This document shows positions 1 through 7,614 of a DNA stretch of 64,000 nt, piece by piece. A model generated the notes under the pieces. It saw only the letters and a list, made by a program, of their open reading frames with translations, was not told the DNA's origin and made no database searches. Both the position numbers and the translations under genes were made by a program. How positions within the stretch are numbered: the stretch's first letter is position 1; the number at the start of each line of letters is the position of its first letter. Location of the stretch: the sequence record PQ898399.1, one strand, 5' to 3'.

Positions 1-213
1 ATAGAAGATTACGATGAATGGTATGGCATTCGTATGGAAGAAGACTATAAACGTGATTTGATTGATAAGCTTATTGAAGCTGCTTCAATTTACGGTCAAG
101 TTAAATCCAATTGTGCCAATGGCTTTATCTCAGATATTGAAGGCGCAATGCGACCAGCAGGTAAAGACGTTCGTGAAATTCGTAAATCTTTATATGAGGC
201 TCTTGGACTATGA
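1..213 (+). CDS. 3' part of hypothetical protein, truncated by window start
   Basis: Frame 1 open from base 1 to TGA at 211-213 (..IDKLIEAASIYG..SLYEALGL); stop overlaps the next ATG (ATGA). Confidence 0.75.
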   Translation: MEDYDEWYGIRMEEDYKRDLIDKLIEAASIYGQVKSNCANGFISDIEGAMRPAGKDVREIRKSLYEALGL

Positions 214-425
214 ACAAATTTGCTAAAATGGCTCTTGAAGGAGCTATCTCTGAACTTAAGGCTCGTGCGATTGATTATGGTTCAGCAAAGACTCGTATGC
301 AGCTTGAAGATGGCTATTTGACTTATGAAGACCTGGCTACTGAAACAATGCAAGCCAAAGCTCGATATGATGAAGCTGAAGCACGTGTAAACCTCATTAT
401 CGAGGAAATTGCTAATGCCCATTAA
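210..425 (+). CDS. Hypothetical protein, 71 aa
   Basis: ORF coupled to both neighbours; GAGG upstream. Confidence 0.8.
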   Translation: MNKFAKMALEGAISELKARAIDYGSAKTRMQLEDGYLTYEDLATETMQAKARYDEAEARVNLIIEEIANAH

Positions 426-756
426 ACTTCTGCTCGAAAAATATTGTAAAGCATCTTATGGATATGCTTATGGACTTCGTGTAAATGACAATTCTGTTAA
501 AGCAGAACAAGAGCTTGAAAGTATAGCTCGTGATTTAGACGAAGCTGGAGATAATTTACGTAAAGCAATTAAAGAATATAACTCAATTGCTTTGTCAAAT
601 CGATTAATAAGTTTGCTTAGTAATCATGTATTTGCTCAAGGTTCATATCTTTCAGCATTACTAGATGGTCGCAAAGAAGAATGGTTAGCTAAAACTCTGG
701 AAGATTATAATAAGTCTAAATCTGACCTTAATGACTTTGTAAAGGAACTTGAATGA
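415..756 (+). CDS. Hypothetical protein, 113 aa
   Basis: ATG 415 with GAGG at 402-405; stop overlaps the pseT start (ATGA). Confidence 0.8.
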   Translation: MPIKLLLEKYCKASYGYAYGLRVNDNSVKAEQELESIARDLDEAGDNLRKAIKEYNSIALSNRLISLLSNHVFAQGSYLSALLDGRKEEWLAKTLEDYNKSKSDLNDFVKELE

Positions 757-1640
757 AAAAGATTATTTTGACTCGTGGTGCGCCGGGTTGCGGAAAGTCA
801 ACTTGGGCTAATGAATATGTTGCTAAAAATCCTGGTTGGTACATTCTGTCTCGTGATGATTTCCGTGAAAAGCTGTTTGGCCTTGATGCTCGCAATGCTT
901 ACAAATATTCTAAGCATAAAGAGCGTGCAGTAACAGCTGCTCAAATTTCTGCTGCAGTGTCTCTGCTTGACCTTGAACACACCAAAGGTGTTATCGTCTG
1001 CGACACTAACTTGAACCCTAAAACCGTCGAGAAATGGGAACTTCGTTTCAAAGGTCTGTATGAAATGTCTTTCCAGGACTTCCATGTTCCTTGGACTGAA
1101 CTGGTTAAGCGCAACCAATATCGTGGTGATAAAGCAGTCCCGATTGATGTTCTGCGCCATTTTTATGCGCTGATGGAAGTTGAGAAAGTTTACGTTCCTG
1201 ATTTGTCTAAACCAAAAGCGGTTATCTTTGACCTTGATGGAACTCTTGCAGATAACCATCATCGTTCACCATTTGACCTTGATAAATGTGCTGAAGATGC
1301 TCCAAAAGAAATGGTTATTGAACTCCTGAAAATGCTTCGGCAGAAAGGGTTTAAAATTCTTACTGTATCTGGGCGCGAATCTGGTACAAAAGAAGATGAA
1401 ACTGTCTATCGTCGCATGACTCAGAAATGGGTATTAGACCATGTCGGTGAAACTCATGGGCATTGGCAGCGTAAGCAAGGTGATTCTCGTAAAGATGATA
1501 TCGTAAAAGAAGAAATCTTCTGGCGAGATATTGCTCCTCATTATAACATTAAGCTTGCAGTTGATGACCGAGCACAAGTAGTTGAAATGTGGCGTCGTAT
1601 CGGTGTTGAATGCTGGCAAGTTGCTCATGGAGATTTCTAA
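753..1640 (+). CDS. pseT: Polynucleotide 5'-kinase/3'-phosphatase
   Basis: N-terminal P-loop GAPGCGKST, C-terminal HAD motif DLDGT, C-terminus WQVAHGDF as in T4 PNK. Confidence 0.97.
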   Translation: MKKIILTRGAPGCGKSTWANEYVAKNPGWYILSRDDFREKLFGLDARNAYKYSKHKERAVTAAQISAAVSLLDLEHTKGVIVCDTNLNPKTVEKWELRFKGLYEMSFQDFHVPWTELVKRNQYRGDKAVPIDVLRHFYALMEVEKVYVPDLSKPKAVIFDLDGTLADNHHRSPFDLDKCAEDAPKEMVIELLKMLRQKGFKILTVSGRESGTKEDETVYRRMTQKWVLDHVGETHGHWQRKQGDSRKDDIVKEEIFWRDIAPHYNIKLAVDDRAQVVEMWRRIGVECWQVAHGDF

Positions 1641-1831
1641 TGGGTAAGCATGAATGTTGGGTTATCATTAATAGCGATACTGGTTGTGTAGTTGTATTTG
1701 AAAAACAGTATTGCGCGTATATGGATGAAGGTTCGGCTTGGGAAGTATGTTTGAAAGCTCGTAAAACCAATCCAGAGCTAAATTTTACTGTAAAGAAAAC
1801 TAAGCTCATGCTTCCATGGTATCGTCAATAA
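1640..1831 (+). CDS. Hypothetical protein, 63 aa
   Basis: TAATG coupling to the pseT stop; GGAG upstream. Confidence 0.75.
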   Translation: MGKHECWVIINSDTGCVVVFEKQYCAYMDEGSAWEVCLKARKTNPELNFTVKKTKLMLPWYRQ

Positions 1832-1844
1832 TGCATAAGGTGAA

Positions 1845-2063
1845 ATGATGTATAATAAACACGAACAGGTCAAAGAGGAAGCTTACAAGCTTCTTCGTGA
1901 AATTGTCGGTATGAATATGACGCCTGAGCTAATCAATAAGCTTGCTCAAATTCGCACCGATATGAACTCTCGATACAAAGATGAGTATTATGTAGAGTTC
2001 GTTCCAATTGGTGAGGTTGTTACTCACTTTGTTGTTAACGTTAAAGTACACACGGTGCACTAA
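1845..2063 (+). CDS. cd.4: Conserved T-even hypothetical protein (cd.4-like)
   Basis: MYNKH..EEAY..EFVPIGEVVTHFVVNVKVHTVH resembles T4 Cd.4 as recalled; syntenic. Confidence 0.65.
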   Translation: MMYNKHEQVKEEAYKLLREIVGMNMTPELINKLAQIRTDMNSRYKDEYYVEFVPIGEVVTHFVVNVKVHTVH

Positions 2064-2356
2064 TGGGAATTCATACTGAAGTACGTCCAGGTCTTTCAAG
2101 TTTTCGTAAAGTAGCTGAAGTTGTTGTAGCTCAGGTTGCAGATAATTTTCTGTTTGTTCCAGCAACAGCACCAACTCATGCGCAAATTCATGCTGATATT
2201 GTAGGTGCTTTACAAATTCTGTGGAAAGGCCTTAAATTTAAAGTTACGCCATCTTTCAATAGCTATTCAATGACTTTTGATTTCCGTTTAGACATTGATA
2301 AAGATGACCCTATTTTCTTCTCTGTAATTTACAGCTGGGACAACAGTGACTTCTGA
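2063..2356 (+). CDS. cd.3: Conserved hypothetical protein (cd.3-like)
   Basis: TAATG coupling; LFVPAT..QIH motif; synteny. Confidence 0.55.
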   Translation: MGIHTEVRPGLSSFRKVAEVVVAQVADNFLFVPATAPTHAQIHADIVGALQILWKGLKFKVTPSFNSYSMTFDFRLDIDKDDPIFFSVIYSWDNSDF

Positions 2357-2576
2357 TAAAACTTTTAGCCGGATTGAATTTCTGGAAAAGCTTAAAGAAT
2401 TCGCACAGGCTTTAGCAAATAAAGTACCAGGAGCTGAGGTTCAGCTCCGTCCTGACCGCGTTTCTAATGGAGCTTTAATTACAATCACTCATAATGGAAA
2501 AGACCAAACGTCTTTGTTAACTCTTGACCGTTATGGACATGTTACAATGACTAACGTTTTAGGTGATATAATTTGA
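2346..2576 (+). CDS. cd.2: Conserved hypothetical protein (cd.2-like)
   Basis: AQALANK motif; synteny; GTG start. Confidence 0.55.
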   Translation: MTSDKTFSRIEFLEKLKEFAQALANKVPGAEVQLRPDRVSNGALITITHNGKDQTSLLTLDRYGHVTMTNVLGDII

Positions 2577-2920
2577 TGAATTTAACTGACATCTTCGATG
2601 GTGTCCGAAAAGAACATTACAATGCTTGTGGTGACAAGTCTCAATTCACTGAAGACGGTGTTGGATTCATTCGTTCTGTGTTAGCGTGTGACCGTCTGGT
2701 GAACTCTTGCGCCGAGTATGATGGAATCCTTATCACTTCTAAAGACCAAACACCTCCTGTCGTTGGTGAACGTTTTTATGGCGATGTTTTCTTCGATGGA
2801 AAGAAACGCTTTAAAGATGGGGTGTTTATAATCACTGGTACGGTACAAGAGATTATTCCTCTTCATACTGAAATCACACTGATTAAAACTAACCGTTCAA
2901 ACTATTTGGTGATTCAATAA
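2576..2920 (+). CDS. cd.1: Conserved hypothetical protein (cd.1-like)
   Basis: CGDKSQ..RLVNSCAEY..RFKDG..IITG motifs; directly upstream of cd. Confidence 0.65.
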   Translation: MNLTDIFDGVRKEHYNACGDKSQFTEDGVGFIRSVLACDRLVNSCAEYDGILITSKDQTPPVVGERFYGDVFFDGKKRFKDGVFIITGTVQEIIPLHTEITLIKTNRSNYLVIQ

Positions 2921-3486
2921 TGAAAGCTAGCACCGTCTTACAAATCGCTTATCTGATTTCCCAAGAATCTAAATGCTGCTCCTGGAAAGTCGGTGCAGTT
3001 ATTGAGAAAAATGGTCGTATCATTTCTACCGGGTATAATGGTTCTCCTGCTGGTGGAGTTAACTGTTGCGACCATGCCGAAGATAAAGGGTGGTTAGTTA
3101 AGAAACCCGGAACTGGTCTTCGTCAAGATGGTCCAATTCCAAAATATGGATTAGACACTAAATTCCGAGCTGAACATTCTGAATGGTCGAAAATTAACGA
3201 AATACATGCTGAGTTGAATGCTATTCTGTTCGCAGCACGTAATGGTTCTTCAATTGAAGGCGCTACGATGTACGTTACACTTTCACCATGCCCAGACTGC
3301 GCCAAAGCTATTGCTCAATCTGGAATTAAGAAACTCGTATATTGTGAAACATACGATAAAAATGTCGACGGTTGGGATAATATCCTCCGCGATGCTGGTA
3401 TTGAGATTCATCATGTTCCTAAGACGAACTTGAACAAACTCAATTGGTATAATGTTGAAAACTACTGTGGTGTTGAAAATGACTAA
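2920..3486 (+). CDS. cd: dCMP deaminase
   Basis: Zinc motifs HAELNA and SPCPDCAK; N-terminus MKASTVLQIAYL as in T4 Cd. Confidence 0.97.
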   Translation: MKASTVLQIAYLISQESKCCSWKVGAVIEKNGRIISTGYNGSPAGGVNCCDHAEDKGWLVKKPGTGLRQDGPIPKYGLDTKFRAEHSEWSKINEIHAELNAILFAARNGSSIEGATMYVTLSPCPDCAKAIAQSGIKKLVYCETYDKNVDGWDNILRDAGIEIHHVPKTNLNKLNWYNVENYCGVEND

Positions 3487-3808
3487 GAAAACTAAACTGA
3501 CTGAAGCTGAAAAAGTACAAATTCGTGATACTCTGAAACCAATTCTGGCTCGTGGCGAATCTCAAGTAGTATTTGAGAAAGTAGACGGTACTATCCGTTC
3601 TCTACGTTGTACTCGTGACCATGACATCATTCCAAGCGACTTGGTTGAAAGCGTTGGCTCTCAGGTGTCTCGTAAAGAATCTACTGAAGCTATTCCAGTG
3701 TGGGACACTGAAAAACACGCATGGCGTTCATTCAAACTAGATTCTATCGTTTCAGTAAATGGTGTTAAAGTAGAGCATCTGCTGAAACTGGTTCAGGTTA
3801 AAGGTTAA
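3479..3808 (+). CDS. 31.1: Gp31.1-like protein (SH3/WYL-like fold)
   Basis: VVFEKVDGTIR..TRD..PVWD..AWRSF motif; synteny. Confidence 0.8.
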   Translation: MTKKTKLTEAEKVQIRDTLKPILARGESQVVFEKVDGTIRSLRCTRDHDIIPSDLVESVGSQVSRKESTEAIPVWDTEKHAWRSFKLDSIVSVNGVKVEHLLKLVQVKG

Positions 3809-3847
3809 TTGCTTAAATATGAGCATGATAATATTATTTCATGCTCA
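3807..3847 (+). promoter_or_regulatory. MotA-dependent middle promoter for gene 31
   Basis: AATTGCTTA 3807-3815, 13 nt, TAATAT 3829-3834; 9-bp inverted repeat flanks the -10. Confidence 0.75.
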
Positions 3848-3864
3848 AACAACAAGGTGTAACA

Positions 3865-4188
3865 ATGGATTTACCAATTAAAGCTATCGGCGAACATGTT
3901 ATCTTGGTTTCTGAACCTCCTCAGCAAGGTGATGAAATCGTTTCTTCTGGCGGTATTGTTATCGGCAAACAAGAAACCGGACAAATCCCTGATATGTGTG
4001 AAATCTATTCAATCGGCGCGGATGTTCCTGAAGGTATTTTCGAAGTCGGTATGTTAGTGCCGCTGCCAACTGGTCAGATTCGTAATGTACCTCATCCGCT
4101 TGTCGCTGCTGGTATGAAAAAACCAAAAGAAATTGCACAGAAATTTGTTACTTGTCATTGGAAGTCAATTCCGTGTATCTACGGGTGA
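3865..4188 (+). CDS. 31: Co-chaperonin (GroES analogue) for Gp23 folding
   Basis: [36 protein letters not shown] matches T4 Gp31. Confidence 0.95.
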   Translation: MDLPIKAIGEHVILVSEPPQQGDEIVSSGGIVIGKQETGQIPDMCEIYSIGADVPEGIFEVGMLVPLPTGQIRNVPHPLVAAGMKKPKEIAQKFVTCHWKSIPCIYG

Positions 4189-4196
4189 TATAAATA
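4189..4196 (+). promoter_or_regulatory. T4-type late promoter upstream of rIII
   Basis: Exact TATAAATA. Confidence 0.85.
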
Positions 4197-4313
4197 TTAT
4201 TGTAATTTGGCTGCCGGACAAAAGTTAACCGGAGAAATTACAAGGTGGTAGACGCGCAGCTTAAATTCTGGTACCGTCTACCTTTTATTAACCTCGTATT
4301 GAGGAATGACATA

Positions 4314-4568
4314 ATGTCAATGAACAAACAACTTGAACACGCTCTGCATCTGCAGCGCAACTCCTGGAACGCAGGTCACGATAACTACGGTGCATCAATC
4401 GACGTTTACGCCGAAGCACTGGAAGTTCTGAAAGGTTTCAAACATCTGAATCCTGTTCAGGCAGACCTCCGCGATGTACTTGCTCTGAAAGATGAGCTGA
4501 AGTTTGCTAAACCTCTGTGTTCAGCAGCTCGTAAAGCGGTTCGTCATTTCGTAGTGACTCTGAAGTAA
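4314..4568 (+). CDS. rIII: Lysis inhibition accessory protein RIII
   Basis: KQLEHALHLQRN..YGASIDV..ARKAVRHFVVTLK; GAGG at 4301. Confidence 0.95.
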   Translation: MSMNKQLEHALHLQRNSWNAGHDNYGASIDVYAEALEVLKGFKHLNPVQADLRDVLALKDELKFAKPLCSAARKAVRHFVVTLK

Positions 4569-4619
4569 TTATGTCATGGTTGTAGGTCATCCCGACGTTA
4601 AATAAATCAAAACCTCCAG

Positions 4620-4870
4620 TGATACGCTACTAAAGTGCGAACTTGAAAATAAACGGCAAGTGCATGCTACCCCGAGGCGATGGCTAATCGGGAGTACGCC
4701 TCAAGGCCTATACATCCATCGGTGTATATCTTATCCTCGAGAAATCGGACCCGGACCCTTTAAGCTAACGGTGTGCAACAGATAAGAGTTTAAACGTACC
4801 CCTTGAGGGCTTGCGGGAACTGACAACATGTACGTGTAGGATGTTCCCATGTATTTCTCCAAAATGGAAG
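4620..4870 (+). ncRNA. Candidate structured RNA or cis-regulatory leader between rIII and 30.9
   Basis: No plausible ORF; several perfect helices read by eye (see findings). Confidence 0.5.
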
Positions 4871-4877
4871 ACTAAAA

Positions 4878-5057
4878 ATGGCTAAACAAACTAAAGCAAA
4901 AACTGCAGTAAAAGAAGTTGTTGGTACCTCTAAACGCGCTGGCTACAAGCGTGGGTCTAACTCTCGTATTAATCCATTGGCTGACCAGCTAGCATCTCGC
5001 GCTCGCAAAGTTATTGCTCATGATGCTGCATTTGGTAATCCACGTAAGAAAGCATAA
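4878..5057 (+). CDS. 30.9: Gp30.9, small Lys/Arg-rich protein, 59 aa (absent from the ORF track)
   Basis: Hand translation MAKQTKAKTAVKEVVGTSKRAGYKRGSNSRINPLADQLASRARKVIAHDAAFGNPRKKA; SKRAGYKRGSNSRIN as in T4 30.9. Confidence 0.9.
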   Translation: MAKQTKAKTAVKEVVGTSKRAGYKRGSNSRINPLADQLASRARKVIAHDAAFGNPRKKA

Positions 5058-5068
5058 AGCATAAGTTC

Positions 5069-5095
5069 GGGACTCCTTCGGGAGTCCCTTTTTTT
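5069..5095 (+). terminator. Rho-independent terminator
   Basis: GGGACTCC-TTCG-GGAGTCCC followed by T7. Confidence 0.92.
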
Positions 5096-5111
5096 GCATC
5101 CAGAGGTTCAT

Positions 5112-5315
5112 ATGTTTAAACGTAAATTTATTTTCAAAGTTATATCAGAATACCCTGCAGAATATTCACATATGGATTCAGTCTTTTTCTATGAAAAGAT
5201 TGCTACACTTTGGCCGTGGGAAGACCCAATTGAAGTTGGAAACTCAATGCTAGAATCATTGCCAGCATTCGGCATTTGGGCAGATGCTGAATACCATAGT
5301 TGCGAAAAACTCTAA
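5112..5315 (+). CDS. Hypothetical protein, 67 aa (C-terminus resembles T4 30.4)
   Basis: GAGG SD, ATG 5112; LPAFGIWADAE similar to my recollection of the 30.4 C-terminus. Confidence 0.65.
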   Translation: MFKRKFIFKVISEYPAEYSHMDSVFFYEKIATLWPWEDPIEVGNSMLESLPAFGIWADAEYHSCEKL

Positions 5316-5317
5316 CC

Positions 5318-5347
5318 GTTTACATCTGCCAAAAGTTGTGTTATGAT
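5318..5347 (+). promoter_or_regulatory. T4-type early promoter
   Basis: GTTTAC 5318-5323, TG extension, TATGAT 5342-5347. Confidence 0.8.
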
Positions 5348-5383
5348 AGAATCTCAATAACCAATATGGTAACGGAGAATAAA

Positions 5384-5758
5384 ATGAACACAATTAATCT
5401 GAATGCTACTATCAAAACGAAAGACCACGATGGATACAAAGCAATCGAAGTAGAAGAGCCAATGTGGCATCTGTCTTCGTGGCAAGGAGATGTAGTTCAC
5501 TGCATGACTCCTGAAGGTCCATCTACTGATTTCTGCTGGTACATTATTCTGACTAATTGGTTCACCGGCACTGAATACGTTTTGAAAACAAGCATTCATG
5601 GTCATATTCGTTCTGAAACTTATGAAGACGAAGATGGTTATTCTGAAGATGTAGTGTGGTATGAAAATGGACGCACTCGTGCAGATAACTTGATTGAAAA
5701 AATGAAGAAAACTGGTACAGTTAATCTTGATAACTGGACCGAACGTAAAATGTTCTAG
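5384..5758 (+). CDS. 30.8: Gp30.8-like protein
   Basis: MNTINLNATIKTK..RADNLIEKMKKTG as in T4 30.8; GGAG SD. Confidence 0.8.
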   Translation: MNTINLNATIKTKDHDGYKAIEVEEPMWHLSSWQGDVVHCMTPEGPSTDFCWYIILTNWFTGTEYVLKTSIHGHIRSETYEDEDGYSEDVVWYENGRTRADNLIEKMKKTGTVNLDNWTERKMF

Positions 5759-5770
5759 GCCTTCGGGCCT
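5757..5770 (+). other. CUUCGG tetraloop hairpin without U-tract (processing or stabilising element)
   Basis: AGGCC-TTCG-GGCCT just before the GAGGAA SD. Confidence 0.7.
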
Positions 5771-5782
5771 TATGAGGAAACT

Positions 5783-6304
5783 ATGAAAAGTGATGTTCTG
5801 TACCGCTTAGAAAAAGAAGGCTTTTTAAAATCCACCGAAGGCTGTAATCAGAGAGTGAATCAGCTTATTGCTGAGTATATCGGTGATAAGTCTTTTTACA
5901 TTGCAAAAGGCGAAGCTATTGCAAGTGGTTCTGTAGGTCTTATCCGATTTGAAAATGAAAGCTGGATAAGCCCAAAAGGTGCTGAAATTGACGGTATGAA
6001 TGGTGATTCATGTCCTTGGTTCACCGGCACTGAAGTCAGAAATTTCCTGGTTGAGGTTGAAGAAAAGACCGTTGAAGTGATGTATGTAGCTTTAGGCCAG
6101 ACTAAGAAAGAAAACGTTTGGTTGAATCTGGACCAAGTAGGGGACGAGCGTTCCATAGCTATTCTTATGACGTCCGAAGAAGCTCATGATGCGTGCAAGT
6201 CGTTCTTGCGTAAAAACATTGAAGGTAAAGCTATCATTATGAAGATGATTGCAACTGCCAAAACCGAGTACGTTCCTCAAACAATTTTCGCAGAAGTGAA
6301 CTAA
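5783..6304 (+). CDS. Hypothetical protein, 173 aa
   Basis: GAGGAA SD; probable paralogue of 6777-7247. Confidence 0.85.
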   Translation: MKSDVLYRLEKEGFLKSTEGCNQRVNQLIAEYIGDKSFYIAKGEAIASGSVGLIRFENESWISPKGAEIDGMNGDSCPWFTGTEVRNFLVEVEEKTVEVMYVALGQTKKENVWLNLDQVGDERSIAILMTSEEAHDACKSFLRKNIEGKAIIMKMIATAKTEYVPQTIFAEVN

Positions 6305-6307
6305 ACC

Positions 6308-6337
6308 GTTTACATCCTCCGTTGTATGTGTTAGTAT
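6308..6337 (+). promoter_or_regulatory. T4-type early promoter
   Basis: GTTTAC 6308-6313 and TAGTAT 6332-6337. Confidence 0.8.
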
Positions 6338-6375
6338 ATAAACTCAATAAACAAACAGATACAACGGAGAACAAA

Positions 6376-6738
6376 ATGGATTACACTAACTTCAAAAAGA
6401 AATACGTTCAAGATAATGCGTGGGACGTTTCAACAACTTTACTCTGGGAACATAAAAACGGCACAGTTGCTCAAATCGATATGTACTGGGAAGATAACTA
6501 CGTCTTCATCAGTTTTGAAAATGGCCCAACTTTAGATGTTAAACTCAAAGGTTCAGTCATTTCTGTTGGTTTTCATGATGACCACCGTAAACGCGATTTA
6601 GGAACTCATCCTTCTTGGAACGGAGACAATCGCAAACTTCTGGTTAAACTTTATCTGCGTCATGTTCTTGGTCAGAAAACAACTGAAGAACAACGTGAAG
6701 CAATTTGGGATATCGTTTCAAACGAATTCGTAATCTAA
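6376..6738 (+). CDS. 30.7: Gp30.7-like protein
   Basis: LLWEHKNG..RDLGTHPSWNGDNRKLLVK as in T4 30.7. Confidence 0.88.
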   Translation: MDYTNFKKKYVQDNAWDVSTTLLWEHKNGTVAQIDMYWEDNYVFISFENGPTLDVKLKGSVISVGFHDDHRKRDLGTHPSWNGDNRKLLVKLYLRHVLGQKTTEEQREAIWDIVSNEFVI

Positions 6739-6742
6739 AATT

Positions 6743-6758
6743 AGGGGCTTCGGCCCCT
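6743..6758 (+). other. CUUCGG tetraloop hairpin without U-tract
   Basis: AGGGGC-TTCG-GCCCCT before the GAGGAA SD. Confidence 0.7.
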
Positions 6759-6776
6759 CCACTTGAGGAAATATGT

Positions 6777-7247
6777 ATGAGTATTATTGATAAAGAATTC
6801 AAATTGTCTGAAGCTGGTATTGGTAGCCTTAAAAATCGCGGAAGTTCTTATTCTGACGAACTTCTTAAGCTGTTAAATAACGGACTAACTTCATTCACAG
6901 TCAAAAAGGTTGATGATGGTGGAAATATTATCGCAATTGATGTTGATGGTAAACTTCATCATGCTAATGTTGGTGTATTCAATATAGTATGGTGCTTCTT
7001 CTTGGCCACTGATATTCGCAAGTACCTTGAAGAAGTTAAACCAACAGAGTCTGATTCAAAAGATTTCTGGATGATGACTATTCCAACTAATCGCTCGCAA
7101 CAGCCTTTCTGTGTTGGTCCTTACACTGAAGAGGAAGCTAACGAAAAAGCTCAAAAGCAAATTCGTAATGCAGTTGAAGGTGTTCGTGTTCTGGTTGTTA
7201 AACAAGTTGCTGAAGCTAAAGTTAAAACTGTATTGGAGACTCTGTAA
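6777..7247 (+). CDS. Hypothetical protein, 156 aa
   Basis: GAGGAA SD, ATG 6777. Confidence 0.85.
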   Translation: MSIIDKEFKLSEAGIGSLKNRGSSYSDELLKLLNNGLTSFTVKKVDDGGNIIAIDVDGKLHHANVGVFNIVWCFFLATDIRKYLEEVKPTESDSKDFWMMTIPTNRSQQPFCVGPYTEEEANEKAQKQIRNAVEGVRVLVVKQVAEAKVKTVLETL

Positions 7248-7414
7248 TGATTATCACTATTCCTCGTAATAAAGCACCTGAATTTGAACGCGGCATGTTG
7301 AGCAATCCGATGATTGAAGTGCTGGGCGTAACTGTCTCTGATACAGAAGTCAAGTATCAGCTTGAATGCCCTGATTTCTTTCATCAAATTCCAACTTATG
7401 CGGTGGCAGAATGA
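7247..7414 (+). CDS. Hypothetical protein, 55 aa (absent from the ORF track)
   Basis: Hand translation MIITIPRNKAPEFERGMLSNPMIEVLGVTVSDTEVKYQLECPDFFHQIPTYAVAE; TAATG and ATGA coupling at its two ends; GGAG SD. Confidence 0.75.
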   Translation: MIITIPRNKAPEFERGMLSNPMIEVLGVTVSDTEVKYQLECPDFFHQIPTYAVAE

Positions 7415-7614
7415 AATACCACATTTTACAACCCGTACAGCTGCGCAAAGGCGGTATTCCGGGAGTCATCTGTGATACTGCTGAATCAATTCCAGAATAT
7501 GGTGTTCAACCTGCTTATGAAGTACAATGGGTTGACGGGAATACTGATATTCGTTTAGAATGTGAAATCGAGCCTCTTAAAGCTGCTAATGACGAAGTTT
7601 ATGAAACAGTTTAA
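7411..7614 (+). CDS. 30.5: Gp30.5-like protein
   Basis: QPVQLRKGGIPG..YEVQWVDG motif; synteny. Confidence 0.65.
   Translation: MKYHILQPVQLRKGGIPGVICDTAESIPEYGVQPAYEVQWVDGNTDIRLECEIEPLKAANDEVYETV

Noticed and set aside
4245-4313. N-terminal extension of rIII in the ORF track (GTG 4245)
   Set aside because: T4 similarity begins at 4314-4320, where a GAGG SD lies; the upstream part folds as a leader.
4680-4763. 27-codon ORF (MANREYASRP...) inside the rIII-30.9 structured region
   Set aside because: GAGG is only 2 nt from the ATG and is base-paired; codons are atypical. Ribosome profiling could overturn this.
4577-4790. Resemblance to the pistol ribozyme (CGTTAAATA at 4596; CCCTTTAAGC..GTGCAA at 4756-4778)
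   Set aside because: The fragments are ~150 nt apart and I could not build the P1 loop pseudoknot of the pistol fold.
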